Assembly (NCBI GenBank): GCA_041494705.1 | Contig: JBGQBI010000004.1 | Location: 240,001 to 272,000, forward strand | Source: Candidatus Methanoperedens sp. | GTDB taxonomy: Archaea; Halobacteriota; Methanosarcinia; Methanosarcinales; Methanoperedenaceae | Length of the DNA: 32,000 nt | Reading direction: 5' to 3' | In this document: positions 19,084 through 26,294 of the stretch, one piece after another | Position numbering within the stretch: the first letter of the stretch is position 1 | How the letters are laid out: the number at the start of each line of letters is the position of its first letter | Program-made: the position numbers and the translations under genes | Notes under the pieces: model-generated | Told to the model about the DNA's origin: nothing | The model's database searches: none | The model's input: only the letters and a program-made list of their open reading frames with translations

Positions 19084-19743
19084 ATGGTTCATATGCAAAA
19101 GGACACGCGCCTCATCCTGGCTCTTGATGTTACAGATAAGAATGCAGCAGCCGTGATATCAAAAGAAACAGCAGAGCATGTGGATGCCATCAAGATAGGC
19201 TATCCGCTCGTGCTTGGTGCGGGACTTGCGATAATTGGAAGGATTTGTGAATTTGCTCCAGTAATTGCGGATTTTAAGGTTGCCGATATCCCAAATACCA
19301 ATAGGCTGATATGCAGCCAGGCATTTGAAGTGGGTGCAAGCGCGGTAATCGTTCACGGTTTTACAGGGCGGGACAGTCTTCTTGAATGCGTAAAAACAGC
19401 AAGCGAATACGATGGGGAGATTTTTGTTGTCACGGAAATGAGCCATCCCGGAGCTATTGAGTTCATGGCGCCAAAGGCTCTGGAACTTGCCTCACTTGCG
19501 GTTGAATGCAAAGCCCAGGGCGTAGTAGCCCCGGCAACGCGCCCCGAAAGAGTGGAAAAAATACGCGGCGTAGTTGGCGGGCTGACTATCATCTCACCCG
19601 GCGTAGGCACGCAGGGAGGAAGTGCGGCAGATGCGATAAGAGCGGGCGCGGATTATGTTATTGTTGGACGGACTATTTATAATTCAAAGACACCCGGAAA
19701 AGAGGCTGAAAGGATAGCGAAAGAGATAGAAAAGTGCCGATGA
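19084..19743 (+). CDS. pyrF: Orotidine 5'-phosphate decarboxylase PyrF
   Basis: The motifs are [17 protein letters not shown] and VIVGRTIY. Alternative starts are TTG 19072 and ATG 19093. Confidence 0.9.
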
Positions 19744-19791
19744 TGAAACAAAACATGGCTGAAAAATGATGAGCCCTATGAGTACTGAGGC
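19736..19791 (+). ncRNA. C/D box sRNA (2'-O-methylation guide)
   Basis: Boxes and guides in order:
- C box AUGAUGA, 19740-19746
- 12-nt guide AACAAAACAUGG
- D' box CUGA, 19759-19762
- C' box AUGAUGA, 19766-19772
- 12-nt guide GCCCUAUGAGUA
- D box CUGA, 19785-19788

A terminal 3-bp stem forms between GCC (19736-38) and GGC (19789-91). The spacing is exactly canonical. Confidence 0.85.
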
Positions 19792-20098
19792 AAATATCCT
19801 GCAACCGAAACAAATAATACCCATCCATAATATATTCAAAATCCAATTATGCCATCTGAAAAATGTAACTTCTGCTCGGGAGAAAAATGCACCACTGCGG
19901 ACCTTGAACCATGTGATTTCAAGGGAGATAATTTCAAGGAATGCCTGCGCTACCGTCTTCACTTCATAAGACCGCAGTTTATGCAGTTGCGCTAAGCCTC
20001 GATTCACGCCTGTCTTCGACACGCTTTGCGAACGTGAGGGCGTGTCCGGCACTCCGGCCAGACTAAAAAACCCGAGTAGCACCTCTTCGGTGGCATTT

Positions 20099-21295
20099 CT
20101 AATCCTTGACCTGAGAAGCTATTTTTTGCCCCAGCGCATAGCACTTCGCCATATCCTGATCATCAGGCCTGAAATTTACTTCCAGCGACTCAATTGGCTC
20201 GTATCCCGATGATTTTAATTTTTCGTTTACAGCCTTAACAGCCCCTCCGGCCCAGCCATAGGAACCGAAGGTTGCCCAGAGCTTATTCTTCGGCCGCAAG
20301 CCCATAAGATACGTCAGGAACCCGCCAACTGTCGGGAACATGCCGTTATTCAACGTGGGTGAGCCGATAATGACTGCCTTGGCTTCAAGCACCTCTTTAA
20401 CTATCTCGCTCCATTCATTCTTGCGCAGATGGAATAGTGCAGCCTCTACTCCAGAATCAGCCACTCCCCTCAGGATTTCATTAGCCATTGTCTCTGTGCT
20501 GTTCCACATGGTATCATAAATGACAAGCACTTTCTGTTTCGAGATCCCTTGAGCCCATTTGAGATATGCGTCTATTATCTTTCCCGGGTTTGTCCATATC
20601 ATGCCGTGCGATGGCGCAATCATCTTTATTTCGATGCCCAGTTTCTGGAGCTCCTCTATTTTTTTAAGGATAATACCCGCGAATGGCATCAGGATGTTGG
20701 CATAATACTTGGCAGCCTCGTCCATCACCGTATCGCATTCATATCCAAGGAGGCTGCACATATCCTCATCAAACCTGAATGAGGAGGCAAGGTGCTGCCC
20801 GAATCCGTCGTTGGACAGGAGGATTTTATCCTCTTTCAGATAGGTGAACATGCTGTCAGGCCAGTGGAGCATCGGCGCTGTGATGAAGAACAGCGTCTTT
20901 TTGCCAAGCGTCAGTTCATCGCCTGTCTTAACAGTCCTGAAATTCCAGTTTGTCCTGTAATGCCGCAACAATCCTTCTTTTCCTTTTTCAGTTGCAATAA
21001 CCTGGGCATTTACTGCTATTTTCATTATCTTGGGCAGGGAACCCGAATGGTCCATCTCAACATGGTTTGAGACGATGTAGTCAATCTTCGAGGGGTCTAT
21101 AATCTCCCTTATTCTTTCTATCATCTCGCCTGCAAAACCATGTTTTACGGTATCTACAAGCGCAATTTTCTCATCGACTATGAGATATGCATTATACGTG
21201 CCGCCGCGCGGCGTCGTGTAACCGTGGAAATCACGCAGGTTCCAATCCACGACGCCGACCCAGTAAACCCCGTCTGTTAATTCAATTTTTGTCAT
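20099..21295 (-). CDS. fprA: A-type flavoprotein FprA (metallo-beta-lactamase + flavodoxin domains; F420H2 oxidase type)
   Basis: The N-terminal region is DGVYWVGVVDWNLRDFHGYTTPRGGTYNAYLI. The di-iron motif is SNHVEMDHSG. The C-terminal flavodoxin region contains VIYDTMWNSTE. Alternative starts are 21301 and 21307. Confidence 0.85.
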   Translation of the reverse strand: MTKIELTDGVYWVGVVDWNLRDFHGYTTPRGGTYNAYLIVDEKIALVDTVKHGFAGEMIERIREIIDPSKIDYIVSNHVEMDHSGSLPKIMKIAVNAQVIATEKGKEGLLRHYRTNWNFRTVKTGDELTLGKKTLFFITAPMLHWPDSMFTYLKEDKILLSNDGFGQHLASSFRFDEDMCSLLGYECDTVMDEAAKYYANILMPFAGIILKKIEELQKLGIEIKMIAPSHGMIWTNPGKIIDAYLKWAQGISKQKVLVIYDTMWNSTETMANEILRGVADSGVEAALFHLRKNEWSEIVKEVLEAKAVIIGSPTLNNGMFPTVGGFLTYLMGLRPKNKLWATFGSYGWAGGAVKAVNEKLKSSGYEPIESLEVNFRPDDQDMAKCYALGQKIASQVKD

Positions 21296-21395
21296 ATTCA
21301 TTCCCACGATAGTTATTTATCTCAACGGGATAATAGTTTTTGGTGGTGTGCAGTATGACTTTTACTTTAAGGACTTTATTAAAACGAGGTGAAAT

Positions 21396-21551
21396 ATGAT
21401 AAAATATCGCTGTACTGTTTGTGGTTATATCTATGACCCCGAAGTCGGGGACGCACCAGGGATTAAACCCGGTACTGCATTTGAAGACCTGCCGGGTGAC
21501 TGGGTATGTCCCCAATGCGGCGTGGGTAAGGATATGTTTGAAAAAATGTAA
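21396..21551 (+). CDS. Rubredoxin
   Basis: My own translation is [51 protein letters not shown]. It carries the canonical CxxCG...CPxCG signature. An AGGTGA Shine-Dalgarno sequence lies at 21387-21392. This ORF is absent from the supplied track. Confidence 0.9.
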
Positions 21552-21693
21552 CTGAAGAGTTGCCGTCACTTAAAGAACCCGCAGCTTCGGTAGATTTATT
21601 AACAAAGAATTTGTAGGGGAACAATTGGGAAAATACCTAAATAGTATTGAACCCAATTATTGATTCGTATAATTACGAATAAATGAGTTGAAT

Positions 21694-22584
21694 ATGAAAC
21701 AAGAACGCTGGGGCAACATCGGGTCAAAATTTGCACACCTTATAAGTGCGCACCCGTGTTACAATGAAAAAGCGCATTTTACGACGGCCAGGATCCACTT
21801 ACCTGTGGCGCCGCGCTGCAATATCCAGTGCAACTACTGCATACGGAAACTGGATAAATGCGAACACAGGCCAGGCGTATCTGGCGTCATACTTAATCCG
21901 CAGGAGGCGCTTATCAGGGTTAATAAATACATAAAAGAGATGCCAAACCTTCGCGTCGTGGGCATTGCAGGACCCGGGGAATCGCTTGCAAACGAAGAGA
22001 CATTCGAGACCCTGCAACTTGTCCATGAGAAATATCCTGAACTGATAAAATGCGTGGCAAGCAACGGTCTTTTACTTGCTGAAAAGGTGGACAGGCTCGT
22101 CGAAGTGGGAGTTACAAGCGTCACGGTTACCATCAATGCGGTTGACCCTGAAGTCGGGGCGAAGATATACTCTTTTGTCAGGTATCACGATAAGACCTAT
22201 AAAGGCGTTGAAGGCGCAAAACTACTTATTGAGAACCAGTTCCTGGGAGTAAAGAAAGCAAGCGAGGCGGGACTGAATGTAAAAGTTAACACTGTGCTCA
22301 TCCCGGAGATCAATTTTGAACAGGTAAAGGAAATAGCCAGAAGGTCGGCAGAGAACGGCGCGATAATCATGAACATTATTCCATTGATACCGCTTAACAA
22401 GTTTGAGAAAGAAAGAGCGCCGGAATGCGATGAACTAAACATGGCAAGGACGATAGCAGAAGAGTTCCTGCCCCAGTTCAGGCTGTGCAGGCAGTGCCGC
22501 GCAGATGCGATAGGTATTCCTGGCAGGGAACCCTGCGGTTCTCCGGTGCAGGCAAGAACTACGGGTGAGTATTACCATGCATAA
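21694..22584 (+). CDS. nifB: Radical SAM protein NifB (stand-alone core, no NifX domain)
   Basis: The N-terminal region is HPCYNEKAHFTTARIHLPVAPRCNIQCNYCIRK. The motifs RPGVSGVI and, at the C-terminus, CRQCRADAIG are present. Confidence 0.85.
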   Translation: MKQERWGNIGSKFAHLISAHPCYNEKAHFTTARIHLPVAPRCNIQCNYCIRKLDKCEHRPGVSGVILNPQEALIRVNKYIKEMPNLRVVGIAGPGESLANEETFETLQLVHEKYPELIKCVASNGLLLAEKVDRLVEVGVTSVTVTINAVDPEVGAKIYSFVRYHDKTYKGVEGAKLLIENQFLGVKKASEAGLNVKVNTVLIPEINFEQVKEIARRSAENGAIIMNIIPLIPLNKFEKERAPECDELNMARTIAEEFLPQFRLCRQCRADAIGIPGREPCGSPVQARTTGEYYHA

Positions 22585-22613
22585 AGGCGTATAATATTTC
22601 AGAGGTGAAAAAA

Positions 22614-22769
22614 ATGTGCTTCGCAGATTCATCGGTCAACGTGGAAATTGAGGAAGGAGAGCTGGTGACGGAACAGTATAAATGCATTGATTGTAATTCC
22701 AGGTTCCGCGGCATTGGAAAAAAGATAAGATGCCCGACGTGTGAGTCGGTTAATGTGAAGAAGATTTAA
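22614..22769 (+). CDS. Small zinc-ribbon protein (hypothetical)
   Basis: My own translation is MCFADSSVNVEIEEGELVTEQYKCIDCNSRFRGIGKKIRCPTCESVNVKKI*. It has a CxxC...CxxC pattern. A GAGGTGA Shine-Dalgarno sequence lies 5 nt upstream, and the ORF starts 30 nt after nifB. Confidence 0.5.
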   Translation: MCFADSSVNVEIEEGELVTEQYKCIDCNSRFRGIGKKIRCPTCESVNVKKI

Positions 22770-22853
22770 TTAGATCATAATTAATTTAGATAGCTTCCCA
22801 ATTTTTGCACATTATTATTATCCTTCAGCTCAATTATTTGAAACTTTGTTAAA

Positions 22854-23237
22854 CTAGCTAATTTTCTTTAATAAGAAATCCTTATCTTTGGAGGCTATGC
22901 TGAAACATTCTTTAGCTTCGGCAACAGATGGCATGTAAAATTCATCAGGGTATCTTATCTCTACAGCATAAAATGATAGATTTCCAACATCCAAATCTTC
23001 AAAATCTGGGTCGATTTTCAAACAGCTTTCTAAAAGAAACTCAAGATTATGAGTTTTCCCGAAATCGATATTCTTTGAGGCTAGATACGCTTTTAATAGT
23101 TTTTCGACCGCTTGCTGGCAGTGAAAACATACAGCATCAGTTACAATTTCATCTGCCGGTTGCATGAGTTCATGCTCTGCTACTTTCAAATCGTTGACTG
23201 CTTTTATGATCCACTTTTCGATATAATCATCAATCAT
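22854..23237 (-). CDS. HEPN domain protein (toxin of MNT-HEPN pair)
   Basis: The motifs FHCQQAVEKLLKAYL, GKTHNLEFLLE and AVEIRYP are present. A 4-nt overlap links it to the upstream MNT gene. Confidence 0.8.
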   Translation of the reverse strand: MIDDYIEKWIIKAVNDLKVAEHELMQPADEIVTDAVCFHCQQAVEKLLKAYLASKNIDFGKTHNLEFLLESCLKIDPDFEDLDVGNLSFYAVEIRYPDEFYMPSVAEAKECFSIASKDKDFLLKKIS

Positions 23238-23569
23238 AATGCAACGCCCTCTTTCAATGCGTTGCGCACTATACTCCCCGGCTTATCCTTTAGAATATTG
23301 ACTTCATTTACAGATTTAATTATTACATCGACATCTAAACCCGAACGCGCTAAATATTGTCTGATATTCTTAGAAATACTCATTTTTTTATTTATTTCAA
23401 ATGGCTCATCTGTTATTATGAGAACATCGTAATCACTTAATGGAGTGAAATCCTTCCTTGCCCTGGAACCAAAAAGAATGATTTTCTGAGCTGATGCCCC
23501 CAGGTCTTGTAATATCTTATTTACCTGTTTTTTGATGATATCAGTTTCAGCACTTCTTTTCCTATTCAT
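23234..23569 (-). CDS. Minimal nucleotidyltransferase (MNT antitoxin)
   Basis: The sequence ILFGSRARKDFTPLSDYDVLII gives the GS-x(n)-DxD pol-beta NTase signature. Confidence 0.85.
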   Translation of the reverse strand: MNRKRSAETDIIKKQVNKILQDLGASAQKIILFGSRARKDFTPLSDYDVLIITDEPFEINKKMSISKNIRQYLARSGLDVDVIIKSVNEVNILKDKPGSIVRNALKEGVAL

Positions 23570-23691
23570 CTTTTAATCCATTTATGTTAATAAATATGAA
23601 TTACTGCAAATTAAAGTCTTTAATGTATTTAAAGTATATACGATTTCTTATAATTAAGGCCATTATTATTAATTAATTTTCATTTTCGCAA

Positions 23692-24489
23692 TCACAGCAC
23701 CTCATCCATGCTCCCGCTCCTGAAACCCATGAGGTCAAGGGTAACATAAGAAAACCCGAGCCTCTTAAATTCCGATACAACGTCCTCACGCCGGCGCAGA
23801 AAACGGTGCATCTCGGAAGGCATGATCTCAATGCGCGCTATGCCGTTGTGGTCTCGCACCCGTACAACCTTAAACCCGGCTTTTTTAAGATAGCTCTCGG
23901 CCTCGCCCACACGCCTGAGCGCCCTAGCGGTGATTGCCTGCCCGTATGGGAAACGCGAGGAAAGACATGCCATGGAAGGCTTATCTGCGACAGATAAGCC
24001 AAGTTTATGCGCCATTTCACGGATTTCTTCCTTGGTGACTTTAAATTCAACAAACGGGTTGTATATCCCCTCCTCAACTACTGCCCTGTGGCCGGGCCTG
24101 TGGCTTTTCATGTCAGAGATGTTTGTTCCCTCGATAATTGTATCCATACCATGCTCAGCAGCAAGTTTCTTTAATTCGCGTATCAGCCCTTTTTTGCAGT
24201 AATAGCACCTGTCAACCGGGTTCTTCGCAAATCCAGGCTCTCCGAGTTCATCATACGATATTACAAGGTGTTGGATTCCTATCTCCGTGGCAATTTCTTT
24301 TGCGCATTCAAGTTCACCGGGTGCAAGGGTCTGGGAGTCCGCAGTAACGGCAATTGCCCTGTCCCCAAGAGCCCCGTACGCCAGCGCGGCAAGCACGGAA
24401 CTGTCCACCCCGCCTGAAAGAGCCACGAGAACGCCATCCCTGTTTTCAAGGGCTTTTAGAATTGAATGCATTTTATCATCAGTGGACAT
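23692..24489 (-). CDS. PP-loop ATP pyrophosphatase, LarE-like sulfurtransferase (TIGR00268-type)
   Basis: The PP-loop is LSGGVDSS. The CYYCK pair and ACLSSRFPYG are present. The C-terminal region is RVRDHNGIARIE. Confidence 0.78.
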   Translation of the reverse strand: MSTDDKMHSILKALENRDGVLVALSGGVDSSVLAALAYGALGDRAIAVTADSQTLAPGELECAKEIATEIGIQHLVISYDELGEPGFAKNPVDRCYYCKKGLIRELKKLAAEHGMDTIIEGTNISDMKSHRPGHRAVVEEGIYNPFVEFKVTKEEIREMAHKLGLSVADKPSMACLSSRFPYGQAITARALRRVGEAESYLKKAGFKVVRVRDHNGIARIEIMPSEMHRFLRRREDVVSEFKRLGFSYVTLDLMGFRSGSMDEVL

Positions 24490-24556
24490 GATGAATATAC
24501 AATAATCCTAAAAGATGTAAGCGTTTCTATGGAGACGGGAACGGCGCAATAAAAGT

Positions 24557-24578
24557 TTCCAGAGGAAACCGAGGTTAT
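24557..24578 (+). promoter_or_regulatory. ORB-like box TTCCAGAGGAAACCGAGGTTAT (weaker G-tract)
   Basis: It shares the TTCCAGAGGAAA core with the origin boxes. It is embedded in the palindrome GTTTCCAGAGGAAAC. Confidence 0.35.
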
Positions 24579-24716
24579 CTTCATAAAGATGCAACCAATG
24601 AATAAAAATAATGGAAAAAGAATTAAATATTCATGAAACTGAAAAATTAAATCGAATGATGACGAACGAAATTATCTTTCAGTTTCCATAATCATCATAA
24701 CAACCATAATTTAATT

Positions 24717-24738
24717 TTCCAGAAGAAATAAAGGGGTT
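24717..24738 (+). promoter_or_regulatory. ORB-like box TTCCAGAAGAAATAAAGGGGTT
   Basis: By my hand alignment it matches the box at 2924 at 19 of 22 positions and the origin box at 8724 at 17 of 22. Confidence 0.45.
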
Positions 24739-24765
24739 GATAATTTTATAGATTATGAAAATAAG

Positions 24766-24850
24766 CGCCGAGGGGGAGATTTGAACTCCCGCTGTGCGTA
24801 GCACAACCGGTTTTCAAGACCGGCGCCGTAGGCCGCTGGGCTACCTCGGC
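24766..24850 (-). tRNA. tRNA-Ser (anticodon UGA)
   Basis: I folded the reverse complement by hand.
- Acceptor stem: GCCGAGG/CCTCGGC
- Anticodon stem: CCGGT/ACCGG, with loop CTTGAAA
- Long variable arm: TGTGC-tac-GCACA
- T arm: GGGAG-TTCAAAT-CTCCC

No CCA end is encoded. Confidence 0.9.
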
Positions 24851-24929
24851 TTGGTAGTTCGTGCGAAATGGCTTGCATTGCTTATTAATATTGCCTATAT
24901 CGAAACATTTAAACTCAATTAATAATTAT

Positions 24930-24963
24930 TGAATCAATACTGACAATGAATCAATCCTGACAA
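24930..24963 (+). repeat. Tandem 17-bp direct repeat (TGAATCAATaCTGACAA / TGAATCAATcCTGACAA) in the leader of the sulfur-relay operon
   Basis: Two adjacent copies match at 16 of 17 positions. The repeat ends 7 nt before the GAGGT Shine-Dalgarno sequence and 18 nt before ATG 24982. Confidence 0.6.
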
Positions 24964-24981
24964 AAAGAATGAGGTAATAAA

Positions 24982-25305
24982 ATGACAAACTTGTTAATGG
25001 TCCTTTCAAAAGACCCATACACCACAGAAACGCCCGACCTTGTACTGGATATCGGGCTTAACGCAAAAGAAAAAGGAAACGATGTCACGTTATATCTTAT
25101 CGAAGACGGCGTGACCGCTGCAAGAAAATCAGAGTTCGGGAATAAACTTGCAGCCGCGAATAAAAAAGGAATAAAGATATACGCCGACGATAAAGCGGTC
25201 CTTTCAAGGTCGCTCGTGAATAAATTAATCGGCGGGGTTGAAATAAAAGAAATTGGAACTCTTCTTGATTTCATTATGGATTACGACAGAGTCGTGTGGT
25301 TTTAG
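24982..25305 (+). CDS. DsrH/TusB-like sulfur relay protein
   Basis: The protein is about 107 aa. LYLIEDGVTAA resembles the DGV motif of TusB/DsrH. The family-typical C-terminus ...DRVVWF is present. It contains no Cys. Confidence 0.55.
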   Translation: MTNLLMVLSKDPYTTETPDLVLDIGLNAKEKGNDVTLYLIEDGVTAARKSEFGNKLAAANKKGIKIYADDKAVLSRSLVNKLIGGVEIKEIGTLLDFIMDYDRVVWF

Positions 25306-25313
25306 GTGATAAT

Positions 25314-25679
25314 ATGACAAAGCAACTTACAATCGTATCAATAAACGGCCCTTACAGGGACGAAGGCGTGTTCACAATGATGAGGCTTGCCCATGCGGCA
25401 AAAGAAAAAGGCATAACTGTCAATTTCTTTAACTATCTTGACGCCACCGTAATCGCCCACAGGGACCAGGCGCCAAAAGAGTTCCCCACCATTGAAACTA
25501 TTTTTGGAACAATAGTGAAAAAAGGCATAAAGCATCCAAAAGCAGATGCAATTTCATGCATAAAATGCACAGACGCCCGCGGCGTCACAAAGCAGCAGAC
25601 AGAAGGAGTCATTATCGGCGGGCTTTATGACCTTGCAGAATGGACTGCTGAATCAGATAAAACCATACTCATAGGGTGA
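25314..25679 (+). CDS. DsrE/TusD-like sulfur relay protein
   Basis: ISCIKCTDARGV resembles the DsrE/TusD active-site Cys region. An AGGTGA Shine-Dalgarno sequence lies 4 nt upstream of ATG 25314. Confidence 0.6.
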   Translation: MTKQLTIVSINGPYRDEGVFTMMRLAHAAKEKGITVNFFNYLDATVIAHRDQAPKEFPTIETIFGTIVKKGIKHPKADAISCIKCTDARGVTKQQTEGVIIGGLYDLAEWTAESDKTILIG

Positions 25680-25683
25680 TAAC

Positions 25684-26058
25684 ATGAGCAAGAAAGTAAA
25701 TATAATTGTAACACAGCCGCCTTACGGGAAAGAAGATGCGTTCGGAGCAGTCCCCATGGCTGCATCGCAGGTTGCGGCAGGGAACGAGGCTTCTTTGATT
25801 TTTACAAGCGGCGGGGTGCATTCCATAGTCAAAGGGCAGAAAACAGGTTACGGAGACCTTGCTGTCTGGCTAAAAGATGTGCCGTCCGTGGAAGCTGAAA
25901 TAATCAAGAATATCGAGATAGTCAGTTTCTTTGCCCTTGACCGTGATATCGCAAAACGCGGAATTTCCGATAGCGAAATCATTGGCGGGATAAAGAAAAT
26001 AACGCTCGGGGAATTAACAGATAAGATACTCGAAGCCGATGTCAATCTGGTATTCTGA
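25684..26058 (+). CDS. DsrF/TusC-like sulfur relay protein
   Basis: The N-terminal region is NIIVTQPPYGKEDAFGAV. The motifs LIFTSGGV and ALDRDIAKRGI and the terminal ...VNLVF are present. Confidence 0.55.
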   Translation: MSKKVNIIVTQPPYGKEDAFGAVPMAASQVAAGNEASLIFTSGGVHSIVKGQKTGYGDLAVWLKDVPSVEAEIIKNIEIVSFFALDRDIAKRGISDSEIIGGIKKITLGELTDKILEADVNLVF

Positions 26059-26294
26059 TGACAGAGATAATTCCCGATGAAACGCTGGATGTGCGCGGCG
26101 AATGCTGCCCATATCCTCTTATTTTAACCAAGAAAAAAGTGGAACAGTTAAAAAGCGGGCAGATTTTACATGTGATTGCTGACGACCCGGTCGCGCCCCA
26201 GAACATCGATTCCTGGGCGAAAAAGTCAGGGAACAAACTGCTTGCCGTAAAGCAGGACGGTAAGATTTTCAATATTTTTGTGCAGAGGACTTAA
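26058..26294 (+). CDS. tusA: TusA/SirA-family sulfurtransferase
   Basis: LDVRGECCPYPLILTKKKVEQL is the CPxP active-site motif. The start overlaps the upstream stop (TGATG). Confidence 0.85.
   Translation: MTEIIPDETLDVRGECCPYPLILTKKKVEQLKSGQILHVIADDPVAPQNIDSWAKKSGNKLLAVKQDGKIFNIFVQRT

Noticed and set aside
19684-20082. 132-aa minus-strand ORF and 67-aa plus-strand ORF in the pyrF-fprA spacer
   Set aside because: The minus ORF overlaps the pyrF 3' end and the C/D box sRNA. Neither ORF has motifs or a ribosome-binding site.
21282-21569. 95-aa minus-strand ORF
   Set aside because: It is antisense to a perfect rubredoxin gene that has its own Shine-Dalgarno sequence. It has no recognisable motif.
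21611-21640. GGAACAATTGGGAA upstream of nifB as an NrpR operator
   Set aside because: The NrpR operator is GGAA-N6-TTCC. Here the second half is GGAA rather than TTCC, so it does not fit.
23610-23624. Palindrome ATTAAAG-t-CTTTAAT upstream of the MNT-HEPN operon as an operator
   Set aside because: It lies in a very AT-rich spacer where such short AT palindromes are expected by chance. I noted it but do not call it.
24655-24700. ATGATGA box suggesting a second C/D box sRNA
   Set aside because: No CUGA D or D' box occurs at the required 10-12 nt spacing on either strand. The TCATCAT at 24690-24696 simply forms an inverted repeat with the ATGATGA.
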